From Methanobacteriota archaeon (GTDB lineage: Archaea; Thermoplasmatota; Poseidoniia; Poseidoniales; Poseidoniaceae): a stretch of DNA of 64,000 bases. Each line of letters opens with the position of its first letter. Within the stretch, counting starts at the first letter, position 1. Of the stretch, positions 1-9,602 are shown piece after piece. The notes under the pieces were generated by a model. The model saw nothing but the letters and a program-made list of their open reading frames with translations. It searched no databases and was not told where the DNA came from. The stretch spans positions 3,207-67,206 of the forward strand of contig PBMQ01000036.1 in the NCBI GenBank assembly GCA_002722615.1, read 5' to 3'. Both the position numbers and the translations under genes were made by a program.

Positions 1-1
1 C

Positions 2-487
2 CTACTTTTGCTATTGGTTGATGCTGGGGATGAAATTGATGAAATAGAACGGAAACTCCTCACATCGATTCGAGAGTTGACAGAACGTGCTCTTGATGCC
101 AATGAAACCTCAATTATGGAACGTATTCAACTCGTACTCACGAAAGCAGACACTGTTGAAAACGGATCGTTCGGCCCTATTGAGGCCATGATTTCAGAAT
201 ATGGTTTTTCCAACCCTCTGATTATTTCGTCCCATTCCGGAGAAGGTTTGAACGAATTACAGTCCGCCATATTGAGTACACTTTTCGGCCCGAAACGCAC
301 GCTTGTCATTCATGATGGGGGCGTTGAACAGATGGCTTCGCAAGCCATCCTCTCAAGAGTGTTTGATACCGTCTATGTTCACAATCATGAGCCTGTTCAA
401 AACGGAATAGAGGTTCGAATTAGTGCCTCTGATGAGACCGTTGCAATTCTTCGTTCGACCCACGGTGAACGCATTGAACTCAAGTAG
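2..487 (+). CDS. GTP-binding protein, HflX/Obg-like, C-terminal fragment (5' end outside window)
   Basis: Frame is open to the window edge. 'LLLVDAGD', then 'LTKAD' ((N/T)KxD G4 box) and 'SSHSGEG' (G5-like), followed by a small C-terminal domain. Stop at 485-487. Confidence 0.6.
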   Translation, partial: LLLLLVDAGDEIDEIERKLLTSIRELTERALDANETSIMERIQLVLTKADTVENGSFGPIEAMISEYGFSNPLIISSHSGEGLNELQSAILSTLFGPKRTLVIHDGGVEQMASQAILSRVFDTVYVHNHEPVQNGIEVRISASDETVAILRSTHGERIELK

Positions 488-508
488 ACCAAACGATTGG
501 GGGGAAGT

Positions 509-1426
509 ATGAGCGAAGAGGAAGGGGATGAATGGGTTGGCATCGAAGGCCTGCCTGAATCCGAACCTTCAACGATGTTTGCTTCTTCAGACGCAAGCTT
601 TACTATTCCTGATACGACGTTACATCCAATAACAAAGTCAATTGCAATATTTGTCTTGTTCATTGCAGCATCTGGTTTTCTCAACGGATTAGACTACGCT
701 TCTCCAGAATCAGGGCTTGTACAACCGGATGAATTCGTGTACCAATTATCACAAACTGCTCCGCCAAATTCAGCCATGCTCGATGGTATAGTATTCGATC
801 ATCGTGGGGAGCCAATCGAAGGTGCAGAAATCAAACTCGAATGGGAAGAAAGAAAGGGATGGTTCAATTCAAGCATCACGGTTACCGATGCAAATGGTTC
901 ATTCTCATACGAATACATCAAGCCAGGCTTGGCTCGAATCGATATCACTGTCGAGCAAGGCAACTATACCGACACGCTGGTCGAACGATTGCTTCTCTCT
1001 CCACCAGCATTAATCGAACCTTACGGATTTACACGCCTAGATTTCGAGGTTCCATCGCCGGATACCTTTGCAGATGAACCCTGCCCATTCGAACAAGAAA
1101 CGTGTACAAAACGCTTGATTGACCGTAATGAAGAGCAACGAGAAAATCCTCGAATGGATCCCAGTGCTGCTGGTATTTACATCATGATTGGATATGGATT
1201 CATGGGAGTTTCTGTCATTGCCATCGGATTTGTCGTATGGGCATTGCGAAGTGGCTCTGTTGCCGTTTTGAGAATGAGTACAATGTTTGCCTTCTTTGGA
1301 ATGGGGCATTACTATGCTGCGTGCATTCTTGGTTTAACTGCCTTCTTACTGACGTTCGCAATTCCTAAACGAAGTAAGATTCTGAATACGAATTCAATTG
1401 ATGCAACAATGCGCTCTTCCTTATGA
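509..1426 (+). CDS. membrane protein with carboxypeptidase-regulatory-like beta-sandwich ectodomain
   Basis: Track ORF 497-1426 starts on TTG; trimmed to the first ATG (509). N-terminal TM helix. 'DGIVFDHRGEPIEGAEIKLEWE...VTDANGSFSYEYIKPG' resembles the CarboxypepD_reg motif. C-terminal TM helices. Stop overlaps the next start (ATGA at 1423-1426). Confidence 0.55.
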   Translation: MSEEEGDEWVGIEGLPESEPSTMFASSDASFTIPDTTLHPITKSIAIFVLFIAASGFLNGLDYASPESGLVQPDEFVYQLSQTAPPNSAMLDGIVFDHRGEPIEGAEIKLEWEERKGWFNSSITVTDANGSFSYEYIKPGLARIDITVEQGNYTDTLVERLLLSPPALIEPYGFTRLDFEVPSPDTFADEPCPFEQETCTKRLIDRNEEQRENPRMDPSAAGIYIMIGYGFMGVSVIAIGFVVWALRSGSVAVLRMSTMFAFFGMGHYYAACILGLTAFLLTFAIPKRSKILNTNSIDATMRSSL

Positions 1427-2505
1427 GGGAAAATGCATCGGGCTTCATGGACCTGACCAATTGCGCATGGATGGTCAGGGAATTGGGAGAACCCGTTAGC
1501 TGTGTTCATTTGCTTGATGATGCGTCTATTTTGGTTGGTGGATGGGATGGATGCATCAAATATTGGTCCGATGAAGGCGATCTAATCTGGTCAACGATGG
1601 CATCAAACAGAGTTTCTGCAATGGTTCGAAATCAAGATCACGTTTACGTAACATCTGGCTTGGATGTCGTTTGTCTCTCCTTGCGTGATGGTCAAGAGAA
1701 ATGGAGCATTGCTTTAGAAGGCTCTGCGGATTCTCTTGTTGCTACGGAAGCATGTTTGTTTGCAACATCATCCGTTTATGATATTGAGCACAATGATTTT
1801 ATCGAATCTGCGGTTTGGGTAATCTCATTTCAAGGAGAAGTGATGAAAGCCCATCGGATGGCTGAACGCCCTTGGACACTTAGCACATGCGACAATGGCG
1901 TAATAACCGGAATTGGTAGGCCACTAAACGGCTACATTATTTTTGATGAAAATGGTGACATTGTTGATAGAGAAGACGATTGGGATAGTCCAACAATTTG
2001 TGCTACTGGACAGAACAATCCTGTATTCGGTCTGGCTGATGGATCGCTAAGGACTCCCTCTGGAACGATTCTGAAAAAAATGAGTTCTGCGATAACACAT
2101 GTCGATCAATTTGACGAGTCATACATCGTTGCTGAAGAGAACGGGCGCGTTGAATGGTTCGATGAAAATCGTAATTGGACTTCGAACGGTAGCAAAGTCG
2201 TTGCTCTAAGTCATGGTTTTACAATCCAGGACTATCGGACGATATGGATAGCACGATGGAACGGTTCTCAAGGAGAATTGAATGTCAGGTCCGCAGATGC
2301 TGGTGAGTTCCTGGCTTCACTTCCTAAAAAGCGAATTCACAGCATTGCTTCGAGTAATGCTCGAATGGCGGTTGGTTGTGAAAATGGCCAAGTCTATGTT
2401 TGGGACAAGGTGTTATTTGAGCGCAGGATAAGTCAACCTGTGGAGAACCAATCCGATGTATCGCGGAATGAAATGCTGAAACGCCTTCGAGCATTACGGA
2501 AATAA
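1423..2505 (+). CDS. PQQ/WD40-like beta-propeller repeat protein
   Basis: 360-aa ORF translationally coupled to the upstream gene. Recurrent strand motifs: 'ILVGGWDGCIKYWSDEGDLIWS', 'VYVTSGLDVVCLSLRDGQEKWS', 'MAVGCENGQVYVWD'. Confidence 0.55.
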   Translation: MRENASGFMDLTNCAWMVRELGEPVSCVHLLDDASILVGGWDGCIKYWSDEGDLIWSTMASNRVSAMVRNQDHVYVTSGLDVVCLSLRDGQEKWSIALEGSADSLVATEACLFATSSVYDIEHNDFIESAVWVISFQGEVMKAHRMAERPWTLSTCDNGVITGIGRPLNGYIIFDENGDIVDREDDWDSPTICATGQNNPVFGLADGSLRTPSGTILKKMSSAITHVDQFDESYIVAEENGRVEWFDENRNWTSNGSKVVALSHGFTIQDYRTIWIARWNGSQGELNVRSADAGEFLASLPKKRIHSIASSNARMAVGCENGQVYVWDKVLFERRISQPVENQSDVSRNEMLKRLRALRK

Positions 2506-2700
2506 TCACTCGATGCTTTCGAGGCGCACAGGGATGTTTACTTTAGTACAAGTGGCATACCATGAATCTTGAGCGTTTGATTGAATTCGATAAACGACGA
2601 CAATTTTGGCAATCCAAATATGGAATTAATCCGATGCTTCATCTCTAGAAGATTTGGTTGAGGGCAAAGAAGATGTATGTTCGTCTTCAGAGTTGTCATT

Positions 2701-3453
2701 ATGAAGACGAAAGCCATCCTTGTTGCTGGAGGTAAAGGCTCTCGTTTGTACCCTTTTACCCGCTACACACAGAAAACGCTGTTGCCCCTTTACAAGCGTC
2801 CAGTCATCGATTATGCTCTCGGAACTATTCGACGAGGTGGGATTCGACGAATTACCATCATTTCAAACGAACACATAGGCCACATCGCAAAGCATGTTGG
2901 ACAAAGTATGGAAGGTGAACAGATACATTACGTCTTGGAGGAAGAACCGCAAGGTGTTGCACAAGCTTTGCTGCTGGCACGACCTCACAACGAAGATTGT
3001 CGTCTGATGATCTATTTTTCAGACAACATCACAACCGTCGAATTTGAGGATCTTGTTCAAGAATTTAAGCAAGCCAAACAACCCCCCGGTTGCCTTTTAC
3101 TTGCTCGGGAAGAAGCGAATCCACAAGCCTTTGGTGTTGCTGTTCTTGATGAGGAGGGGAAGATCATCGATGTGGTTGAGAAACCAGTAAATCCACCATC
3201 AAATCTTGCGATCGGTGGAATTTATCTGTTCGATGAAACATTCTGGAACAAACTTGATGATGCCGTTCAAGAAAAGGGAAATGCTTTCTCAATCTCAGAT
3301 ATCAATCGAGCATATATTGCTGAGGGGAAGGCGAATTTTGTTTCCGTAGGTGCCGAAACGTGGGTCGATTGTGGTACACCCGAAACCCTTCTTCAAGCAA
3401 GCATTATGGCGAAGGATGGGAAACTTAACCCACATCCATATCGAAAGAGATGA
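2701..3453 (+). CDS. sugar-1-phosphate nucleotidyltransferase (glucose-1-phosphate thymidylyl/uridylyltransferase family)
   Basis: '[40 protein letters not shown]' matches the G-x-G-(T/S)-R-L nucleotidyltransferase signature, plus '[19 protein letters not shown]'. Start moved to the internal ATG just before the motif. Confidence 0.8.
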   Translation: MKTKAILVAGGKGSRLYPFTRYTQKTLLPLYKRPVIDYALGTIRRGGIRRITIISNEHIGHIAKHVGQSMEGEQIHYVLEEEPQGVAQALLLARPHNEDCRLMIYFSDNITTVEFEDLVQEFKQAKQPPGCLLLAREEANPQAFGVAVLDEEGKIIDVVEKPVNPPSNLAIGGIYLFDETFWNKLDDAVQEKGNAFSISDINRAYIAEGKANFVSVGAETWVDCGTPETLLQASIMAKDGKLNPHPYRKR

Positions 3454-3457
3454 TCAT

Positions 3458-4282
3458 ATGAAAATTGGAATCATTGGTGCAGGAATGGTCGGTGGAGCGA
3501 TTGAGCATTGTTTCGAGCATGCACATGAATTGTTCATTCACGATCCTGTCCGTGGAACCGATTTATCGATCATCACCGACAACGTCGACTTTGCATACAT
3601 CGCTGTTCCAACGCCTCCTCATCCGGAAACAGGAGCATGTGATACAAGAATTGTTGAAGCAACACTTGACGCGTTACCTAACGGATTTACTGCTGTCATC
3701 AAAAGTACGGTTGTTCCAGGTACAACACAACGATACCACGAAGAATATCCGAATCTGAAAATAGCCTATTCCCCGGAATTTCTTGTTGAACGTCAGCGAT
3801 TGGAGGACTTTGCGAACCAAGATATTCTCGTATGTGGCACACACCATTCTGATGTCGCTGAGCAGGTGTTTGAACAACATCGCCGAGCAGGTGTACTTCG
3901 TAGCGACCAAACATTCCACGTTACGCCAACACAGGCTGAGTTGGTCAAATACACCAAGAATACATTCTATGCAATGAAGGTGACATTTGCGAATCAACTC
4001 TACGATATTTGTGAAGGTTTAGGCGAAGATTGGTACAAAATCCGTGATGTCATCACTGCGGAACAAGCACAACCGATTGGACCTTCTCACCTTGATCCTA
4101 TCTTTGGATTAAATCGAGGATTTGGAGGAAAATGTTTACCAAAAGATTCCTTAGCATTGGGCGTTCTTGCAGAACAACTTGGTGTGAAGTACGAATGGAT
4201 GGATGCCATGCAGAATGACAATGCTCGTTTGCGGTCTATTCTTACTGGAAAACCAAGTGATGTGGTGACCAATGACGACTGA
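3458..4282 (+). CDS. short nucleotide-sugar dehydrogenase (UDP-glucose/GDP-mannose dehydrogenase family, lacks the usual C-terminal domain)
   Basis: '[13 protein letters not shown]' Rossmann start; 'AYSPEFL'; catalytic-Cys motif '[10 protein letters not shown]'. Track ORF 3350-4282 trimmed to ATG 3458, 4 nt after the upstream stop. Only 274 aa versus about 400-450 for typical family members. Confidence 0.7.
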   Translation: MKIGIIGAGMVGGAIEHCFEHAHELFIHDPVRGTDLSIITDNVDFAYIAVPTPPHPETGACDTRIVEATLDALPNGFTAVIKSTVVPGTTQRYHEEYPNLKIAYSPEFLVERQRLEDFANQDILVCGTHHSDVAEQVFEQHRRAGVLRSDQTFHVTPTQAELVKYTKNTFYAMKVTFANQLYDICEGLGEDWYKIRDVITAEQAQPIGPSHLDPIFGLNRGFGGKCLPKDSLALGVLAEQLGVKYEWMDAMQNDNARLRSILTGKPSDVVTNDD

Positions 4283-4718
4283 TTTCAAGGTTCTGCATAG
4301 CCAATTAGCACCTCGAGGTTCATTGGGTCGTTTTGCGCTTGCTGGAGCGTTCAACAGCGCTCTGTTTTACATCGCTTGGACAGTTTCAATGATACTCCTT
4401 CCAGAGGCCGATGTGCGAATCCTTTGGGGGACATTCTGGGGATTAACAGGTGTCATGGCACACTTTGTTCATCGGTGGTATACATTCGATAATCACAAAT
4501 CACTCGCTTGGACGTTACCTGCGGCAATCCCCGTCTATGTTGGAAGCTTGGTTGGTTCAAGCATGAGCATTGGTTGGCTATCTGAGAAATATCCTGATCA
4601 AATCGAATGGATGGGGCTCCCCAACATGCTGTGTTGGGGTATTCTCATTTGGTTGACGATGAGGATTTTTGTCTTCCAGTTCACACCGCATGCGTCTCTA
4701 GAAGATCATACGGAATGA
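4272..4718 (+). CDS. GtrA-like membrane protein (polysaccharide/glycolipid synthesis accessory)
   Basis: 148 aa with 4 predicted TM helices. '[17 protein letters not shown]' and 'HRWYTFD' are GtrA-family-like. Overlaps the upstream gene by 11 nt within a sugar-nucleotide cluster. Confidence 0.6.
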   Translation: MTTDFKVLHSQLAPRGSLGRFALAGAFNSALFYIAWTVSMILLPEADVRILWGTFWGLTGVMAHFVHRWYTFDNHKSLAWTLPAAIPVYVGSLVGSSMSIGWLSEKYPDQIEWMGLPNMLCWGILIWLTMRIFVFQFTPHASLEDHTE

Positions 4719-5043
4719 TGCCAAGTGCCTCTTCGTGAGTTGCTTCTAGATCAACAGGACAGGCCGATCCCGCATTGACTGCAGCCAACCATGTTCGCGC
4801 ACATACGCACCATGAATCGCCGGGTTTGAGACCAGGAAATGAGAATTGAGGTGCTGGCGTCATTAAGTCGTTACCTTGAGATTTGGCAAATTCTAGGAAG
4901 GCTTGTGTTACGACGCAACAAACCGTGTGAGATCCTCTATCGTTGTCATCAGTATTGCAACATCCGTCACGATACCAGCCGGTGAGGGGATCTGTTGAGC
5001 AGGGCTTAAGTTCAGTGCCGAGTACATTGACGGACGGATGCAT
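4681..5043 (-). CDS. DUF2237 family protein
   Basis: 'TGWYRDGCCNTDDNDRGSHTVCCVVTQAFLEF...GNDL...FPGLKPGDSWCVCARTWL' matches my recollection of the conserved Cys-rich DUF2237 pattern. Confidence 0.65.
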   Translation of the reverse strand: MHPSVNVLGTELKPCSTDPLTGWYRDGCCNTDDNDRGSHTVCCVVTQAFLEFAKSQGNDLMTPAPQFSFPGLKPGDSWCVCARTWLAAVNAGSACPVDLEATHEEALGIIPYDLLETHAV

Positions 5044-5168
5044 GATTGTCCGTTGTCACACCTCCCTATCAATCATCGTGTGGGGGCTTGGAATTCCCTT
5101 CGAAACCAAGCAATTCCAGTGCTCAGGAGGCGAGAGGTTCTTGATGGAGAAGCACGAGAGTGGTTCGG

Positions 5169-5600
5169 ATGCTACCCGATACTCTCCAAAATCTGCCCCG
5201 TGATGAACGCTATGCATATGCTCGTTTACTAGCATATATGGCTCGCGTTGACGAAGAAATTACGGTTGATGAACTCGCAATGTTTGAACAACAACTTGGC
5301 AAGGCCTTGCTCTCACCAAACCAGCGCGAAGTGCTTCGTCGTTCTTTGAAATCCCCACCTACACTGGAAGAATGTCTGGATGGGTTAGGCCCTGAAGCAG
5401 GCCGACTGGCGCTACGAGATGCTGTACTCATGGCAGCTTCGGATGGTTCCGTCGATGATGATGAACTCGAAGTACTGAAAGAAATTGCAGAACATCTGGG
5501 GCTTGTACCTGATGCAGTTCAGCAACTCATCGAGTGGACCAAAATCGGTTATGCATGGATGCAAGACGGATACGATCTGCTGAATTCTCTTGAAAGTTGA
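5169..5600 (+). CDS. TerB-like (tellurite-resistance TerB/DjlA-N fold) protein, paralog 1
   Basis: 'YAYARLLAYMARVDEEITVDELAMFEQ' and 'LMAASDGSVDDDELEVLKEIAEHLG' are two halves of a TerB-type helical bundle with acidic metal-binding-like pairs. First ATG after the GTG at 5160. Confidence 0.55.
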   Translation: MLPDTLQNLPRDERYAYARLLAYMARVDEEITVDELAMFEQQLGKALLSPNQREVLRRSLKSPPTLEECLDGLGPEAGRLALRDAVLMAASDGSVDDDELEVLKEIAEHLGLVPDAVQQLIEWTKIGYAWMQDGYDLLNSLES

Positions 5601-5606
5601 AGTCCT

Positions 5607-6050
5607 ATGTTTTGCGACGGCGTCGCCGATTTGGATGCTGCAGAACGTGCGCGATATGCCGATTTACTTGTCTTGATTGCCGCTGCTGATGGTGAACTTG
5701 TTCGAGAAGAAATTCAGTTGTTAGAAGGTTTCATGGGAAGGGCGATGGTTCATCCTGAAGCAAGAACATCGATTCGTCAAGGTCTGTTCGATACCAATCG
5801 TCTAACAAACCTCCTGAAGAATGCTGAAGTTGAGACTTTGCGATATGTCTTGAGAGATGGAGTTCTTCTTGCTGCCGCAGATGGAGAATATGACCGAAGA
5901 GAGTTACGTATTTTGAAAAAAATTGCATCTGCGGCCGCCGTGGATGAAGACGAGCTAAAGGCCTTGTTCGATTGGGTAGCAAATGGATGGCAATGGCACG
6001 CTACTGGCGTGCAACTTGCAAAGTTGTCCGCGCGGAATGATTCAGTCTGA
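5607..6050 (+). CDS. TerB-like protein, paralog 2
   Basis: 'YADLLVLIAAADGELVREEIQLLEGF' and 'LLAAADGEYDRRELRILKKIASAA'. Same architecture and size as the gene 6 nt upstream. Confidence 0.55.
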   Translation: MFCDGVADLDAAERARYADLLVLIAAADGELVREEIQLLEGFMGRAMVHPEARTSIRQGLFDTNRLTNLLKNAEVETLRYVLRDGVLLAAADGEYDRRELRILKKIASAAAVDEDELKALFDWVANGWQWHATGVQLAKLSARNDSV

Positions 6051-6121
6051 GAATGAATCGTTTCATGATTTTGACAGGCACATTCAAACCATGATTGAAT
6101 ACCCACTGTATGGGGCGGACT

Positions 6122-8116
6122 ATGCAAAACGGGGTTAGCGGTTGGTATGCGAGATTAGATCGATGCTTAAACGATAGAAAAACACAAATCGAGATGTGGC
6201 TTGATGCTTGGGAAAATTCCCTCCGAACCCACCAACCTATCGCTGCGCTTCTCCCTGAAGATTGGCCAACCCTTCCAGCAAATCTCTTGACCGACCCAGG
6301 CCACGTTCTCGACCATCTTCTTGCACGTCACGATGCTGAGTCTGATGGACGCTCACCTCGCGGAGCACACCCTACCCCTCCTCGACTTGCAGATTCAATC
6401 ATCTCATCTGAACTGCTTGAGACGACCATCCAGCCAAAGGTCAAGAAGCAGACAACAAACATGCATCTTGCAGACCTTCCTCCAGGTTTCCAGAAGCACA
6501 TCAAGAAACTCAACTTCCCTCCAAGTGAAGAAGAGGTCACTCTCGATGAAAGTGCTCTTGATGCTGTCAAAAACAATGAGCGAACAAGCAGTGGAATTCC
6601 TTTACCATTCTCTGACATGTCCTGCGGCGGTGGAATTTTCCATGCCCGTATGCTCCGAAAGCACAGTGAATTGTTTGAAGGACAAAGTTCTGAATTGCGC
6701 AAAGAAGACACAGAACGTTTGCTCCGTGGTTTTCAACTCGTCGACGTCGACGAACTGGTCGTTACATCAACCCGTAGGCGGTTGCTGCTTGAAGCCATTC
6801 GCCTCGATCTCGTCGCCTTATCCGGTGAACAAGAAGGAAAATTGAATCGAAGTATAGCAGAAGAAATTCTCGAAGAGAACATCATCTGTTCCGACACACT
6901 TCAGAAAGATTGGCCATGGGGCGAATCTCCTCGCCTCATCATCTCCAACCCTCCTTGGTTACGAATCAAGGATCGGTTCAGAGGAATGGAAGACGGTTCC
7001 CAGCGTCGTAAAGATTTGAGCGAGAAGCTTCGAAGCCTAACCAACCCTGATGGTCCTCGTTTCTCAACCATGCGTGGAAACGTCAATCTCTACCGACTCT
7101 TCATCGAGCGAGGAATGCAAGTTCTTTCACAGGAAGGAAAGATGCGTATCGTCGCTCCAGACAGCCTCCTGCGCGAACAATCCTCCCACCCTCTGAGAAA
7201 ACTTCTCGTCGAGAAGCACTCATGGAATGAAGTCTGGGCCATTGAAGAGGCTAATCTCTTGTTCCCGGGTATGACTCAAGGTGTTGCAATTCTTGGAATT
7301 TCATCGACGCCAAACGGTACACAAAGCCTGAAGATCATTGGCCCGGTTACACGTTCCGATCTCCGCCGTGTTGGGACTGGGCTCTCGTCTCGAGTGCCTG
7401 CCTTCTCTCTCAATCAAACCCAATGGGTTCAGTGGGCAAGAAATACATGGGCTGTTCCACGATTACCACGTGATCAAATCGAAAGGAAGAACATTCTCAA
7501 GATTCTTGACAATATGTCGCAACTGCCAAGGCTTGGTGACCGTGAGCATTGGCTTGCTACCCAAGAACAAACAGTCAAGGTACGTGTTGGAGAGATTGAT
7601 CAAACTGCCCACTCCAATAACATCTCCAGTTGGGACAAAACAAAGTCATCACGCCCGTTCATTCGTGGCGTACACTTCACTGAAGACGAAGCGGGAGGCG
7701 TTTACATCCGTCACCCGGCCTTCCGTAAGGACATCCCCTCTCGAGCAAATGAACGCCAATTGGCTATGTGGTCAGGAAAAAGCGAAGTGCAATCCTATGG
7801 CCCTCGCCTCGCATGTCAAGCCATCGTCAATGCACACCAAGAGCGCCGACTACGCTGGGCAGTCATACCAAAGGGTTGCATTCTCGGAAACAGTGTAAAC
7901 CACATCGAAATGAATCAGGCAATCCTCAATCGACTTGCTGCAACAAAAGGTGATTTACAGAAAGCACTCGAGTGGATGTGTGAACAACTTAACCAACGCG
8001 ATCTCGATGATTGGGCGAAGGCTTGGTCTGCAAACAACAACGTCAATAATTACGAACTGGAAATGCTTCCACTTCAACTTGGAGTCGAAACCGGTATTGA
8101 AGAGGTCTTGAACTGA
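6122..8116 (+). CDS. N6-adenine DNA methyltransferase, Eco57I/type IIG-like gamma-class, no nuclease domain seen
   Basis: 'RGAHPTPPRLA' (x-x-T-P motif X-like), 'FSDMSCGGGIFH' (SAM motif I-like), 'LIISNPPWLRIKD' (motif IV NPPW), 'GNVNLYRLFIERGMQVLSQEGKMRIVAP'. About 300 aa of C-terminal presumed target-recognition region. Start ambiguous: TTG 6095, ATG 6110 or ATG 6122. Confidence 0.65.
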   Translation: MQNGVSGWYARLDRCLNDRKTQIEMWLDAWENSLRTHQPIAALLPEDWPTLPANLLTDPGHVLDHLLARHDAESDGRSPRGAHPTPPRLADSIISSELLETTIQPKVKKQTTNMHLADLPPGFQKHIKKLNFPPSEEEVTLDESALDAVKNNERTSSGIPLPFSDMSCGGGIFHARMLRKHSELFEGQSSELRKEDTERLLRGFQLVDVDELVVTSTRRRLLLEAIRLDLVALSGEQEGKLNRSIAEEILEENIICSDTLQKDWPWGESPRLIISNPPWLRIKDRFRGMEDGSQRRKDLSEKLRSLTNPDGPRFSTMRGNVNLYRLFIERGMQVLSQEGKMRIVAPDSLLREQSSHPLRKLLVEKHSWNEVWAIEEANLLFPGMTQGVAILGISSTPNGTQSLKIIGPVTRSDLRRVGTGLSSRVPAFSLNQTQWVQWARNTWAVPRLPRDQIERKNILKILDNMSQLPRLGDREHWLATQEQTVKVRVGEIDQTAHSNNISSWDKTKSSRPFIRGVHFTEDEAGGVYIRHPAFRKDIPSRANERQLAMWSGKSEVQSYGPRLACQAIVNAHQERRLRWAVIPKGCILGNSVNHIEMNQAILNRLAATKGDLQKALEWMCEQLNQRDLDDWAKAWSANNNVNNYELEMLPLQLGVETGIEEVLN

Positions 8117-8213
8117 AGCAAGAACGTCCCTTGATTGGTACTTTGAATACGATGTTTTATATCCAAACCCTCAGTAGTTTGAATCAGTATTTGTCAATTG
8201 GAGGATTCAAGTA

Positions 8214-8795
8214 ATGGGCATTCATCCAAAAATTGGCATTACGGGACTTCCCCGTAGTGGAAAATCAGCAGTGATGGAAAAGGTTCTATCAATGCTCAAG
8301 GAAGAGCGCGGTCGTGAACTTTCTGCCCGGAACCTTGCCGGTGAAACAGAAATCATTGGAGGCATCTGTACAGAGCCTATTCTTGAGAACGGTGAACGAC
8401 TCGGCTACAAAATTCGTGATCTTGTCACGGGGGACGAAGGAGAAATCGCTCACAAGAGTATTGACTCACGATTACGCGTTCTAGGCTATGGATTGAACAC
8501 TGCAGAACTCGAACGTGTTGCAATTCCAGCAATTCAGCATGCAATCGACAACTGTGAAGTCATCGTTATCGATGAAATCGGTAAGTTTGCCGTTGAGTCC
8601 GAAGCATTCGTCAACTCTGTACGAACCGCACTTGAAGTCGACAAGCCAACGCTTCTAACCCTTCACAAGAAGAGTAGACATCCTCTGCTTCAAGACATCC
8701 GTCGAAGAGATGATGGTCGTATTCTTGAGGTTACTCCCGTTAACCGTGCCTTACTCCCATACAAAATTCACAAACTGATGCGAGAAACGTACTGA
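8214..8795 (+). CDS. nucleoside-triphosphatase, THEP1 (COG1618) family
   Basis: Walker A 'GLPRSGKS', Walker B 'VIVIDEIGKF', and 'LLTLHKKSRHPLLQDI...EVTPVNRALL', typical of the archaeal THEP1 family. GGAGGA lies 10 nt upstream of the ATG. Confidence 0.75.
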   Translation: MGIHPKIGITGLPRSGKSAVMEKVLSMLKEERGRELSARNLAGETEIIGGICTEPILENGERLGYKIRDLVTGDEGEIAHKSIDSRLRVLGYGLNTAELERVAIPAIQHAIDNCEVIVIDEIGKFAVESEAFVNSVRTALEVDKPTLLTLHKKSRHPLLQDIRRRDDGRILEVTPVNRALLPYKIHKLMRETY

Positions 8796-8835
8796 TATCG
8801 TTGGTTTGATACCACACACCACCTACGGCACATCG

Positions 8836-9159
8836 ATGACCCCTGCAGAACGGGCAAGAAAAATTCTCTTGGGCACAGGGATGTGCCTTATGTTTGTCTT
8901 CGCAGTTGGCCTAAGTCAGGGTAGATATTCCCTTGATCTCGATATTGGGTTAATGTTTCCTCTTCTTGGAATCCTGCTCATTGGTGCGGGTGTCATGCAA
9001 GGCTCCCTAGGGCAGCAGTTTCCAGACGAATCGGATGATGAAATGACACGCCGAGTTCAGGGAGACGTTGAAGAAACGGAACGAGAAAAGAATGTAGGTC
9101 ATGCTTGGGCTTCGCTTGAACAACACGTTTTGAAATCAGAACTTGATGAGTCTGAATGA
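8836..9159 (+). CDS. small membrane protein, acidic C-terminus
   Basis: Two hydrophobic helices (LLGTGMCLMFVFAVGL; LMFPLLGILLIGAGVM). No recognisable family. First ATG in the TTG-initiated ORF 8806-9159. Confidence 0.4.
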   Translation: MTPAERARKILLGTGMCLMFVFAVGLSQGRYSLDLDIGLMFPLLGILLIGAGVMQGSLGQQFPDESDDEMTRRVQGDVEETEREKNVGHAWASLEQHVLKSELDESE

Positions 9160-9218
9160 GATACGATGAGAGCGGTTGATTCATACCCTTTGTTCACTTG
9201 CATGGAATCGGTGAGAGT

Positions 9219-9602
9219 ATGAGTGAAATACCTGCTGAATTGTTTTACACAAAAGAACACGAATGGATTCGAATGGACGGAGATATTGCGACCATCGGGA
9301 TTACTGATCACGCTCAAGATGCCCTTACGGACATCGTATACATCGAACTACCAGAAGGTGGAGAGGCGCTCGAAGATATGGGCGAGTTCGCCATTGTTGA
9401 ATCAGTGAAGTCAGCATCACCAATTTTCGCACCACTTGCAGGAGAAATCACAGAAGTCAATTTCGACCTTGAAGACACTCCAGAACTTATGAATTCAAGT
9501 CCATACGGGGATGGATGGATTGTCAAAATGCGATTGTCCAATCCGGATGATGTTTCAACACTCATGTCTGCAGATGCTTATCGAAGCATGTTGGGCGAGT
9601 GA
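9219..9602 (+). CDS. gcvH: glycine cleavage system protein H
   Basis: 'YTKEHEWIRMDGDIATIGITDHAQDALTDIVYIELPE', lipoyl-lysine motif 'VESVKSASPIFAP', and 'SPYGDGWIVKM'. 127 aa from ATG 9219. Confidence 0.9.
   Translation: MSEIPAELFYTKEHEWIRMDGDIATIGITDHAQDALTDIVYIELPEGGEALEDMGEFAIVESVKSASPIFAPLAGEITEVNFDLEDTPELMNSSPYGDGWIVKMRLSNPDDVSTLMSADAYRSMLGE

Noticed and set aside
4681-4718. Frequent convergent 3'-end overlaps (4681-4718, 10144-10147, 35188-35191, 41430-41440, 44095-44110, 49731-49759, 53896-53907, 62626-62646) as possible antisense regulation
   Set aside because: The overlaps are short (4-38 nt) and fit a streamlined, compact genome. Nothing specific in the sequence suggests regulation.
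6122-8795. Possible restriction-modification or defence island (methylase plus P-loop NTPase)
   Set aside because: The NTPase matches the housekeeping archaeal THEP1 family. No endonuclease, helicase or specificity subunit is present. No integrase, tRNA boundary or compositional shift was noted by eye. Kept only as an orphan-methylase observation.
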